Below the pieces are notes generated by a model. That model was not told the origin of the DNA. It searched no databases and was given only the letters and a program-made list of their open reading frames with translations. This document shows positions 1 to 8,482 of a DNA stretch of 39,447 nucleotides, one piece after another. The stretch is from assembly GCA_044236365.1 (NCBI GenBank), contig JBIIGQ010000002.1:1-39447 (forward strand). Direction: 5' to 3'. The position numbers and the translations under genes were made by a program. The first letter of the stretch is position 1. Every line of letters starts with the position of its first letter. Origin of the DNA: Candidatus Limnocylindrus sp. GTDB taxonomy: Bacteria > Chloroflexota > Limnocylindria > Limnocylindrales > Limnocylindraceae.

Positions 1-2
1 AG

Positions 3-2372
3 GCGACCGGCTATCCGATCGCGCGCGTCGCCGCGCAGATCGCCATCGGCCGCACGCTGCGCGAGATCCCGAACGCCGTCACGCGCACCACCGTCGCCGC
101 CTTTGAGCCCGCCCTCGACTACATCGTCGTGAAGCTGCCGCGCTTCCCATTCGACAAGTTCCCTGGCGCCGATCGCCTGCTCGGCAGTCAGATGAAGGCG
201 ACCGGTGAGGTGATGTCGATCGATCGCACCTTTGGTGCCGCACTGAATAAAGCCCTGCGCTCGATGGAGCAGTCGGGGAGCGGCCCAACGGCAGAGGAGG
301 CCTCGTGGGGGACCGAGCTGGCGCCGATCATCGCGAAGGACGATGCGCCAGCGCTACGACATTTCTTGCGGCCATCTGACTCACGACTCTGGCGACTCTT
401 TGCGGCAATGCGCCGCGGCGTGTCGGCCGACCAGATCCACACCGCGACGGGGATCACGCGCTGGTTCCTTGCGGAGTTTGAGCGCCTCATCGCTATTGAG
501 CATCGGGTGCGCGAGGCGGGGCAGACGTTGATTGGCCCAGACCCTTCATCGGTCTCTCTGCTCGCCACGGCGAAACGTTCTGCGATCGGCGACCGCGACC
601 TTGCGCTGATGAGCGGTGTGTCGGAGCCGCGCATTGCGCAGCGGCGTTCACAACTCGGCCTCACGCCGGGGTACGCGATGGTTGATACCTGTGCCGCGGA
701 ATTCGCCGCCGCCACGCCCTACTTTTACTCCACGTACGCCGCGGCCGGCTCACCACCAGAGGCGCCGCCGGTGCCGCGACAGGCGGCGATGGTGATTGGC
801 TCTGGGCCGGTGCGCATTGGTCAGGGGATTGAGTTTGACTACTGCGCCGTGCGCGCCGCGGAGCGCCTGACGGAGCGAGGCTGGTCGGCGGTGATGGTGA
901 ACAGCAATCCCGAAACGGTCTCGACCGACTTTGATGCGTCGACGCGCCTCTACTTCGAACCGCTCGATGCCGAGTCCATCATGGAGATCGTTCGCGCTGA
1001 ATCGCCCGAGGGGGAGGCAACGCTCCCAGCGTTTGTGCAGTTCGGCGGGCAGACGCCACTCAATCTTGCTGCGCCGCTCGCTGCGGCGGGTGTCCCGCTT
1101 CTCGGAGCCTCACTCGAGGCGATCGACGAGACCGAGGATCGCGTGCGATTTGCGGCGCTCCTGGATCGACTCGGCATCTTGCAGCCCGAGGGCGGCCTGG
1201 CGCGCAGTCGTCAAGAGGCGATCGACCTGGTGGAGCGCATCGGCTATCCGGTGATCGTCCGGCCTTCATACGTGATTGGCGGCCTCGCGATTGACTTCGC
1301 CTACTCGCGTCCCGATCTTGAACGCCAACTTGACCGCATTGGCGAGATCGGCGACGGTCGACCGCTGCGCATTGATCGCTTCCTTGAGGGGATCGAGATC
1401 GACATCGACGCGGTCACCGACGGTGAGACGGTGCTGATCCCTGGCCTCTTGGAGCACGTCGAACTCGCCGGCGTGCACTCGGGCGACTCGATTGCCGTGT
1501 ATCCACCGCAACGACTCCCGGCGGCAAAGCAAGAAGATCTGGCGGAAATCTTCATGCGCCTCGTGCGCGAGATCGGCGTGCGCGGTCTCGTCAACGCGCA
1601 GTTCATCGTGCGCGATGAGGGGATCTACCTGATTGAGGTGAACCCGCGCGCAAGCCGAACGGTGCCGTTCATGAGCAAGGTGACGGGGATCCCGATGGTG
1701 CCGCTCGCCGTTGACATCGCACTCGGTGACACGTTGTCATCAAAGGGGTACGGATCAGGAATCGCCTCAGCACCCACTGGTGTGGCGGTGAAGGCGCCAG
1801 CGTTCAGCACCGCAAAGCTGCGCGGCGTTGATCCAACGCTGGGGCCATTCATGCAGTCGACGGGCGAGGTGATCGGCCTCGGCCTGACAGCAGAGGAGGC
1901 GCTCGGCAAGGCGCTGATTGCAGCGAACCTGCTGCCACCGCCGCCGCGCGACCCGCAGCGCATCGCCCTCTTGAGCATCGCTGACCGCGACAAACACCTC
2001 CTGGCGCGCCTCGCCACGCCACTCCTCGCCGCCGGCTACGAGCTAGTCGCCACGCCAGGCACGCGCAGCGCCTTGGCGGCGCTCGGCATCACAGCGGGCA
2101 CGGCGAACCCACTCGGCGACCAGGGGCGCGATGGGGCGCCTGGCATTGCCGACCTGATTCGCTCGGGTGTCGTCGCCTTGGTCGTCAACACGCCGTCGAT
2201 GGCAACCGGGGCGCTGCGCGACGCGCTAGAGATCCGCCTCGCGGCGGTGGAGTACGGCGTGCTCTGCCTTACGGCGATGGAGACCGCCGTGGCGTCGGCC
2301 GAGGCGCTCTCGGTGCGGGCAAGCATGTCGGGCGTATCGCTGAACCCGATCGGCGTGCGCGGGCTACGATAG
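3..2372 (+). CDS. carB: Carbamoyl-phosphate synthase large subunit, C-terminal ~789 aa (5' end outside window)
   Basis: Frame 3 is open from the window edge. The translation begins ATGYPIARVAAQIAIGRTL...ALDYIVVKLPRFPFDKFPGAD...MKATGEVM. The second ATP-grasp half follows (VIGSGPVRIGQGIEFDYC, NSNPETVSTD, EVNPRASRTVPF), then a C-terminal MGS-like allosteric domain. The GTG at 129 in the ORF track is internal, not the start. Confidence 0.95.
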   Translation, partial: ATGYPIARVAAQIAIGRTLREIPNAVTRTTVAAFEPALDYIVVKLPRFPFDKFPGADRLLGSQMKATGEVMSIDRTFGAALNKALRSMEQSGSGPTAEEASWGTELAPIIAKDDAPALRHFLRPSDSRLWRLFAAMRRGVSADQIHTATGITRWFLAEFERLIAIEHRVREAGQTLIGPDPSSVSLLATAKRSAIGDRDLALMSGVSEPRIAQRRSQLGLTPGYAMVDTCAAEFAAATPYFYSTYAAAGSPPEAPPVPRQAAMVIGSGPVRIGQGIEFDYCAVRAAERLTERGWSAVMVNSNPETVSTDFDASTRLYFEPLDAESIMEIVRAESPEGEATLPAFVQFGGQTPLNLAAPLAAAGVPLLGASLEAIDETEDRVRFAALLDRLGILQPEGGLARSRQEAIDLVERIGYPVIVRPSYVIGGLAIDFAYSRPDLERQLDRIGEIGDGRPLRIDRFLEGIEIDIDAVTDGETVLIPGLLEHVELAGVHSGDSIAVYPPQRLPAAKQEDLAEIFMRLVREIGVRGLVNAQFIVRDEGIYLIEVNPRASRTVPFMSKVTGIPMVPLAVDIALGDTLSSKGYGSGIASAPTGVAVKAPAFSTAKLRGVDPTLGPFMQSTGEVIGLGLTAEEALGKALIAANLLPPPPRDPQRIALLSIADRDKHLLARLATPLLAAGYELVATPGTRSALAALGITAGTANPLGDQGRDGAPGIADLIRSGVVALVVNTPSMATGALRDALEIRLAAVEYGVLCLTAMETAVASAEALSVRASMSGVSLNPIGVRGLR

Positions 2373-2376
2373 GCGC

Positions 2377-2775
2377 ATGGAACTGACCTACGCCCCAGGA
2401 GCCTGCAACATTGGAGCCGATGAGATCGCGCGCCGCCGCAAGGCCGCTGTCGCCGGCCTTGTCGCCAGCATCGGTCTTGCCGTTGCGCTGATCGCGTTCG
2501 GTTCGGCCCCCGGTGACTTCGCGCGCCTTCTTGTTGCACTTCCGCTCACCGGCGCAGCGATCGGCTGGATTCAGGCACGTCGACGCTTCTGCATGGCGTA
2601 TGGCCTGGCGGGAACCTTCAACCTCGGCAAGATCGGCGAGATGAGTCGCGTCAGCGACCAGGCTGCACTCGCAGCTGATCGTCGGACCGCACTCGTCATT
2701 GCAGCGCAGGGCCTCGCGATCGGCGTTGGTGGCGCGCTCCTCTTCTTGATTCTGCCAATCGCCATCCAGATCTAG
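2377..2775 (+). CDS. Small integral membrane protein, YgaP/DUF2892-like motif (tentative)
   Basis: The ATG lies 4 nt after the carB stop. The protein has several hydrophobic segments. The N-terminal CNIGADEIARRR and the later FCMAYGLAG resemble the N-[VI]-G-x-x-[DE]-R ... F-C-P-x-Y-x-L-x-G signature of YgaP-type membrane domains. The family call is from memory only. Confidence 0.6.
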   Translation: MELTYAPGACNIGADEIARRRKAAVAGLVASIGLAVALIAFGSAPGDFARLLVALPLTGAAIGWIQARRRFCMAYGLAGTFNLGKIGEMSRVSDQAALAADRRTALVIAAQGLAIGVGGALLFLILPIAIQI

Positions 2776-2776
2776 G

Positions 2777-4066
2777 ATGACGACGCGCACGGCGACGCCG
2801 CCGCTGCCGATTCGCGAACATCGGCTCGCCAATGGCTTGCGCCTCTTCCTGATTGTTGACCGCACGGCGCCAGTTGCCGCCGTCAACATTTGGTATCACG
2901 TCGGATCAAAAGACGAACGTGCTGGGCGCACCGGATTCGCGCACCTCTTTGAACACCTCATGTTCCAAGGCTCAGAGAACGTCACCAAGGCGGAGCACCT
3001 CACCCTCGTTGAGTCGATCGGCGGAGAGGGGAACGCCACCACCTGGCTCGACCGGACAAACTACTTCGCCACCGTGCCAGCGGAGTGGGCGGAGCTGATC
3101 TTGTGGATGGAGGCCGACCGACTCGGCACACTCTTGTCGGCGCTTGACCAGGCGAACCTCGACAACCAGCGCGACGTGGTGAAGAACGAGAAGCGCTCTA
3201 GTTACGACAATCAGCCGTACGGTAGCGCCTACATTGAACTCTTCGCCCTCGCCTATCCGAAGGGGCACCCGTACCATCACCCCACGATCGGCTCGATGGA
3301 AGACCTGGATGCCGCCTCACTCGAAGATGTGCGCAGCTTCTTCACCACCTGGTACGCACCGAACAACGCCGTGCTCACCGTTGTGGGCGACATTGATGAA
3401 GAGGAGATTATCACCGCCGTGGAGCGACACTTCGGAGCCATCCCCGCCAACCCTGCACTTCCAGCGCACCCCGACCTGACGTTGAGCGCGCCGCTCGGCG
3501 GTGAGATCCGCAAGACGATCTACGACAAGGTTCCTGAGGCGCGCGTGCACTTCGCCTTCCGCGCACCAGTGCTGAGCGCACCACTGATCCCAGCAATTGA
3601 GATCGCCACACAGATCCTTGCCGGCGGGAAGGGGAGTCGCCTCTACCGACGCCTGGTTCGTGATGAACAGGTGGCGCAGGATATGAGCCTCTCGCTCCTT
3701 CCATTCGTTGGTGGCGCATCAATCATTGTTGGCGCGGCCACCGTGCGCCCTGGCGCGTCGAACGAGGCGGTAGAGCGTGCCTTTGTGGAAGAGTTGGAGC
3801 GTCTCGCCGCTGAGGGGCCAACGTCGGCAGAGCTTGAGCGCGCGAAGGCGCTAACGGAGTCCGAAGAGTTGCTGGCGCGATCCGATCCAGAGGAGCTCGC
3901 CGATGCGGTGGGCATGTACGCCACGCTGCTGAATGATCCGGGTCGCATCAATCGCGACCTCGACCTTGCCCTTGCGGTGACGGTGGACCAGGTGCAGACC
4001 GCGGCGAAACTCTTCGCCAAAGAGAATCGGATCGTGCTCTGGTACGTGCCGGAGGAGAAGTCATGA
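2777..4066 (+). CDS. M16 family zinc metallopeptidase, catalytic subunit (pitrilysin/PqqL-like)
   Basis: An inverted zinc motif HxxEH is present (HLFEHLMFQGS), and a typical M16 N- and C-domain layout follows. The start lies 1 nt after the upstream stop. Confidence 0.9.
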   Translation: MTTRTATPPLPIREHRLANGLRLFLIVDRTAPVAAVNIWYHVGSKDERAGRTGFAHLFEHLMFQGSENVTKAEHLTLVESIGGEGNATTWLDRTNYFATVPAEWAELILWMEADRLGTLLSALDQANLDNQRDVVKNEKRSSYDNQPYGSAYIELFALAYPKGHPYHHPTIGSMEDLDAASLEDVRSFFTTWYAPNNAVLTVVGDIDEEEIITAVERHFGAIPANPALPAHPDLTLSAPLGGEIRKTIYDKVPEARVHFAFRAPVLSAPLIPAIEIATQILAGGKGSRLYRRLVRDEQVAQDMSLSLLPFVGGASIIVGAATVRPGASNEAVERAFVEELERLAAEGPTSAELERAKALTESEELLARSDPEELADAVGMYATLLNDPGRINRDLDLALAVTVDQVQTAAKLFAKENRIVLWYVPEEKS

Positions 4067-5448
4067 GCAAGGCTGCGGTACGGCCAGGGCCTGGTGCGCC
4101 ACGCGACTGGCGCTTCCCACGTGCCGTTGAGCATGTAACCCGCGCTGGGATGCGCGTGATCCTCCTGCCGATGCCATCACGCCCAATCGCATCGATCCAG
4201 ATGCTCTTCGGCGGTGGCGCAGCAGGGGAGCGCCCAGAAGAGTCGGGACTCTCCGCCCTGTTGGCGCGCCTCCTCACGGAGGGGACAGAGCACCACGACG
4301 CCGACGGACTCATTGAGGCGGGCGAGCTGCTCGGCGCATCGATTGGTGCAGAGTCGGGCTGGGAGAGTCTCACCGTGGGCGCTGGCGCCCCAGTCTCGCG
4401 CCTCGCTGGTGTCTTTGATCTGATGGCCGAGATCGCACTGACGCCGCGCATCCCAGAGGCGGACGTTGAGCGACTCAAGGCACTGCGACTCGCCGCCATC
4501 AAGCAGGCGCACGCGAGCCCACGAAGTCGCGCCGTTGATGCGCTCTCTGCGGCGCTCTACGCGCCAGAGGCCGCCTACAGTCGACCCTTCGCTGGAACCG
4601 CCGACGGTGTTGCACGCCTGACGCGCGACCAGGTTGTTGCCCGACACCAGGAGATCTTGCGCACTGGCACGCCAACACTGGTGCTCGCGGGTGACATTGA
4701 TCCCGATGCAGCCTTCGCTTTGATTGAGGCGAGCCGCCTCAGTGAGATCAGCGCAGGTGGCGGCACCTGGGGCCGCGGCGAGCCAGATCGCGCGGCACCC
4801 GTTCCGACTACACCTGCTGCTGCGCCACTTGTGAAGGTGCTCGATCGCCCAGGCTCCGTACAATCCGAGATTCGCATCGGTCGTATCGGTCGATCGCGAC
4901 TCGACGCCAATCATCACGCCGCACTCGTCTACGCCGAGATCATTGGTGGGCTCTTCGGCTCGCGGCTCAATCGCGTGCTGCGCGAAGAGAAGGGCTACAC
5001 GTACGGCGCCGGCGCGCGGTTTGATCTGCGCCGCGGGCGCGGCCCATTCATGGCGGGAACAGCGGTCGAGACCGGTGTCACTGCCCCTGCACTCGCCGAG
5101 GCTCGCCGACAGCTCGCGACAATGCAGAGTGCACCACCAACCGACGAAGAGTTGACCGAGGCCCGCGACTATCTCTGCGGGACCTTCCCGCTGCGCTTCG
5201 GCACCGCCACGCCAGTGGCCAGCATGGCGGCGGCCCTTACGGTGCTCGGACTCTCGCCTAATGAGCCAGATCACTTCCGGGAACGAGTCGCCGCCGTCGA
5301 CCGCGCAGCGATCGCGCTGATTGCCGATGAGTTGGCCGCCTCTGCGGAAAAGATCGTGATTGTTGGCGATGCCGCTGCGATCACCGGGCCGCTTGAGGCT
5401 GAAGGATTTACCGTGCAGATCGAAACAGACAGCGCAGCCTCGGCATGA
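4063..5448 (+). CDS. M16 family peptidase-like protein, non-catalytic partner (no HxxEH)
   Basis: ATGA overlap with the upstream M16 gene at 4063-4066. The protein has M16 fold signatures (YGAGARFD, TEEELTEARDYL), but the zinc-site position reads LLARLLTEGTEHH and has no HxxEH. Confidence 0.85.
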   Translation: MSKAAVRPGPGAPRDWRFPRAVEHVTRAGMRVILLPMPSRPIASIQMLFGGGAAGERPEESGLSALLARLLTEGTEHHDADGLIEAGELLGASIGAESGWESLTVGAGAPVSRLAGVFDLMAEIALTPRIPEADVERLKALRLAAIKQAHASPRSRAVDALSAALYAPEAAYSRPFAGTADGVARLTRDQVVARHQEILRTGTPTLVLAGDIDPDAAFALIEASRLSEISAGGGTWGRGEPDRAAPVPTTPAAAPLVKVLDRPGSVQSEIRIGRIGRSRLDANHHAALVYAEIIGGLFGSRLNRVLREEKGYTYGAGARFDLRRGRGPFMAGTAVETGVTAPALAEARRQLATMQSAPPTDEELTEARDYLCGTFPLRFGTATPVASMAAALTVLGLSPNEPDHFRERVAAVDRAAIALIADELAASAEKIVIVGDAAAITGPLEAEGFTVQIETDSAASA

Positions 5449-5993
5449 TCGTTGTGATCGGCACCCTCAGCGCGCGCACCGAGGGGGCGACCTATGGCCT
5501 TGGCAGCTATGCCGCCACGGCGGCATTCGCTCTCACAGCTACCGGCGAGCCTGTTGAGATGGTGAGCAAGGTTGGCGTAGATGCAGCAGGCGAGGCACTC
5601 ATCACGCAGCTTGCAGCGGCGGGGATTGGCTACGTGGCCCTCATTCGTGACGGCGCGCGGTCAACCTCCGTTGATGACGCAAGTCCTCTCGAGATGGATG
5701 CTGCCGACCTGCAGTTAGCGTTGCGTTACCTCACGAGTTTCGATGCGGTGCTCCTGGTGGATCCAGCCGACGACTCGGTGGTCGCTACGGTGCTCGACGC
5801 GTGCACCTATGTCGGCGCACGGCTCGTGGTGACGAGGCCGGCGGGGTCAACCCCTGCGGGAGTGCCGACCGGCGAGCGCGGCGACGCTCCGCCGCCGCTC
5901 GAAGTTGAGCGCCCAGCTGGGGACCCAGCCGCCGTTACCGACCTCTTGGTAGCCCTCCTTGCTCCTGATCGCGAGTCGCCTGCCGCCGAATAG
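5445..5993 (+). CDS. Hypothetical protein, PfkB/ribokinase-like N-terminal remnant lacking kinase motifs
   Basis: ATGA overlap with the M16 partner at 5445-5448. MIVVIGTL...GLGSYAATAAFALTATGEPVEMVSKVGVDAAGEALITQLAAAGIGYV follows the N-terminal pattern of PfkB sugar kinases. At 182 aa the protein is too short for a full kinase, and no GG lid or DTxGAGD ATP/anion-hole motif is visible. Confidence 0.55.
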   Translation: MIVVIGTLSARTEGATYGLGSYAATAAFALTATGEPVEMVSKVGVDAAGEALITQLAAAGIGYVALIRDGARSTSVDDASPLEMDAADLQLALRYLTSFDAVLLVDPADDSVVATVLDACTYVGARLVVTRPAGSTPAGVPTGERGDAPPPLEVERPAGDPAAVTDLLVALLAPDRESPAAE

Positions 5994-6015
5994 CGCATCG
6001 CGTACGCTGCAGCAG

Positions 6016-7233
6016 ATGAGTGAAGCGCACCGCCCACCCTCCGAAGCGACCGACCTTGCGAGCCGTATGGAGCTCGGCGTGGACGCCCTTGACCGCGGCG
6101 ACGCTGAGGGGGCCGCACTCGCCTTCGCCGCAGCGGTCGCTGGCGCAACACCGAGTGACGATCGCATCCTCGCTGAGCGCGCCGCCTATGGTGCCGCCGA
6201 GGCCCTGCTGCGACTAGAGCGCGACGACGAGGCGGCGGAGTATCTCGAGATCGCCGCCAACTCCGCAGACCAAGAGCTGCGCTTCCTCGCCCTGCGCCGC
6301 CGCGCTATGGAGGAGGTTCGCCGCGGCGACCTCGCCGTCGCCCTCGCCACCTACCGCCAGGCCGAGGGGAGCGCTCCAAACAGCGACGCCCGCGCCGAGA
6401 TCGCCTCGCGCATCGGCTGGCTCACCAAGGAGACAGGTGGCTCGTCACTCCGCTCACAGGCCGCCTTCCGCCGCGCGCGTGGTGTGTCTGCAAGTGCATG
6501 GGTGCCGCGTGCCCTGCTCGCCGTCACCATCGTCCTCTCAGTGCTGACAAAGCTTGACCCGGCACTCGCCGATCTGTTCGCGCTAGAGAAGATCACTAGC
6601 AGTGGTGGCGATTTCCTCAGTAGCAGCCCATGGCGACTCGTCACCGTAGCCTTTGTTCACGGAGGTATCAATCCGGAGTGGCAGTCATGGGCGCTCCATC
6701 TCGGTTTCAATGCCATCGCCCTCGACATTGCAGCCCAGCTGGTCTATCGCCTCTACGGCGCACGCCGAATGCTCTCCTGGTATCTCATTGGAGTGATCGG
6801 CGCATCACTTGCCAGCGCGATCTGGTTTCCCTACGCGCCATCTGTCGGCGCATCCGGCGGCGTCTTCGCCCTTTTCGGTATCGCCCTAGGTGCTGAGTGG
6901 GCGCATCGTCCACTGGTGGAGCGCGGCCTGCGTGAGGCACTGGGACGCGTCGGTGGCCTGCTGCTCATTAACATCGTGCTCGGCTTTGGCATCGGGTTCA
7001 TTGGCGGTGGTATCGACAACTCGGCACATATTGGTGGACTGGTGACAGGCCTGACCCTTGGTGTGCTGATTCAGCCGACGCGAGTGGAATCGATGCGCCG
7101 TCGCTGGACCGCTGCAGCGACGAGCTGGCGCGGAGGTGAGGTGCTGGTGACACTCATGTTGAGCGCGCTGCTGCTCGTCCTCTTTGTAAACTGGTTTGAT
7201 CTCGCGCTCTGGCGCGACTCCCTTCCGTTCTGA
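6016..7233 (+). CDS. Rhomboid family intramembrane serine protease with N-terminal TPR-like helical repeat region
   Basis: Catalytic GASGGVFALFG (GxSG) and downstream NSAHIGGLVTGL (His) are present, along with multiple TM segments. The N-terminal ~170 aa is Ala/Glu/Leu-rich and helical-repeat-like. The start is uncertain. I prefer the ATG at 6016 over the TTG at 5959 in the ORF track, which would overlap the upstream gene by 35 nt. Neither has a clear SD. Confidence 0.85.
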   Translation: MSEAHRPPSEATDLASRMELGVDALDRGDAEGAALAFAAAVAGATPSDDRILAERAAYGAAEALLRLERDDEAAEYLEIAANSADQELRFLALRRRAMEEVRRGDLAVALATYRQAEGSAPNSDARAEIASRIGWLTKETGGSSLRSQAAFRRARGVSASAWVPRALLAVTIVLSVLTKLDPALADLFALEKITSSGGDFLSSSPWRLVTVAFVHGGINPEWQSWALHLGFNAIALDIAAQLVYRLYGARRMLSWYLIGVIGASLASAIWFPYAPSVGASGGVFALFGIALGAEWAHRPLVERGLREALGRVGGLLLINIVLGFGIGFIGGGIDNSAHIGGLVTGLTLGVLIQPTRVESMRRRWTAAATSWRGGEVLVTLMLSALLLVLFVNWFDLALWRDSLPF

Positions 7234-7235
7234 GC

Positions 7236-7817
7236 GTGTTTGCAACACTTCTTGACCCGACCGCATTCAGTGGTGACGTTGAATCCAACCCTGCAATCCA
7301 CTACGTCGAGTGCCCAGAGTTAACGCAAACCGGACCGGAGCAACGCAAGCACCTCGCTGAGCGGCTGAATGCACTCACGGGGGTCCACCGTGCGCTGCTC
7401 CCCGTTGGCGGCAACCTCGCAGGTATGACCCGAGACGAGTGGCTGCAGATCCCAGCCGAGAGCCTCGTGATCAATCCGATTCGCGACCCAGAGTCATGGC
7501 GAGCCGCGGCAACCTGGCCGGGTGAGCGCGGACTGATCCTTGCGCTCGTTCCACCCCCAGGCGATGAGAGCCCGGAGCCGGTGGAGATCCTGCTCTGGGC
7601 GGTGCGCTACGCCGCATCGCTAGGAGGGCGTGGGCTCGACCGCGTCGGCGTGGCGGGCATGCTCCCCACGCCAAACGCGCGCCTCGATGCCGAAGAGGCC
7701 GCACGGCGCATTGCACTGCTTGAACGTCTCGTGCAACTGGCCGCTGCAGACGAGGAGACGCTGCGCGCTGAACTCGATCCACGGGCATTCCAGCCGATCA
7801 AACGGTCGCAGCAATGA
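7236..7817 (+). CDS. Hypothetical protein (193 aa, no recognisable motif)
   Basis: The ORF starts at a GTG 2 nt after the rhomboid stop and ends in an ATGA overlap with the next gene. Codon third-position GC is high from about codon 35 onward. The first ~30 codons are visibly AT-richer, so the start is uncertain (next in-frame ATG at 7425). Confidence 0.55.
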   Translation: MFATLLDPTAFSGDVESNPAIHYVECPELTQTGPEQRKHLAERLNALTGVHRALLPVGGNLAGMTRDEWLQIPAESLVINPIRDPESWRAAATWPGERGLILALVPPPGDESPEPVEILLWAVRYAASLGGRGLDRVGVAGMLPTPNARLDAEEAARRIALLERLVQLAAADEETLRAELDPRAFQPIKRSQQ

Positions 7818-8482
7818 TTGAGGTGCAGGTTCTGCCTATTGGCCCGCTGCGCACCAATGTGGTGCTCGTTGGCGACCCGGTGCGTCGCGAGGCGATCGTG
7901 GTTGATCCTGCGATCCCGTCGCTCGCAGAACTCACCACGCAGCTTGCCCAGCGCGGTTGGCGCTTGGTGTTGGCCCTCGCCACCCACGGTCACTGGGACC
8001 ACATGGGAGAGATGGCGGCGCTGGCGGCGCACCACGCCACACACCATCGCGAGGAGCTGCCGATTGGCGTACACCCGCTCGACCGTCATCGCCTGATCGA
8101 CCCACAACCGCTTGCTGCACCATTTCCGATTCCAGCGGTCGTGCCCACACGCGACCTGAACGACGGAGATCGCATCACCGCGGGGAGCATCAACTTCACC
8201 GTGCTGCACACCCCTGGCCACACTGAGGGATCCATTTCGCTGTTTGACGCGAGCGCGGGCCTGCTGCTGAGTGGCGACACGCTCTTCTTCGGCGGATGGG
8301 GGAGAACCGATCTCCCCGGTGGCGATGCTGCGGCGATGCTCGACTCGCTCGGAAGGCTGCGAACGCTTGACCCTGCGACCCGTGTCATTCCAGGGCACGG
8401 GCGAGAGACGATGATCAGTACCGAATCGGCGTGGATCGACAACTCCATTCGTACGAAGAGCCTGACGGCGGATCGCTCATGA
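7814..8482 (+). CDS. MBL-fold metallo-hydrolase (glyoxalase II / hydroxyacylglutathione hydrolase-like)
   Basis: HxHxDH motif THGHWDH, then HTPGHTEGS, SGDTLF and PGHG ligand positions. Size is 222 aa. ATGA overlaps at both ends (7814-7817, 8479-8482). Confidence 0.88.
   Translation: MIEVQVLPIGPLRTNVVLVGDPVRREAIVVDPAIPSLAELTTQLAQRGWRLVLALATHGHWDHMGEMAALAAHHATHHREELPIGVHPLDRHRLIDPQPLAAPFPIPAVVPTRDLNDGDRITAGSINFTVLHTPGHTEGSISLFDASAGLLLSGDTLFFGGWGRTDLPGGDAAAMLDSLGRLRTLDPATRVIPGHGRETMISTESAWIDNSIRTKSLTADRS

Noticed and set aside
2377-5448. The M16 peptidase pair as a RiPP or peptide-maturation cluster.
   Set aside because: No precursor-peptide-like small ORF, radical-SAM, cyclodehydratase or exporter gene is nearby. 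Active/inactive M16 pairs are common housekeeping genes in high-GC Gram-positive-type genomes.
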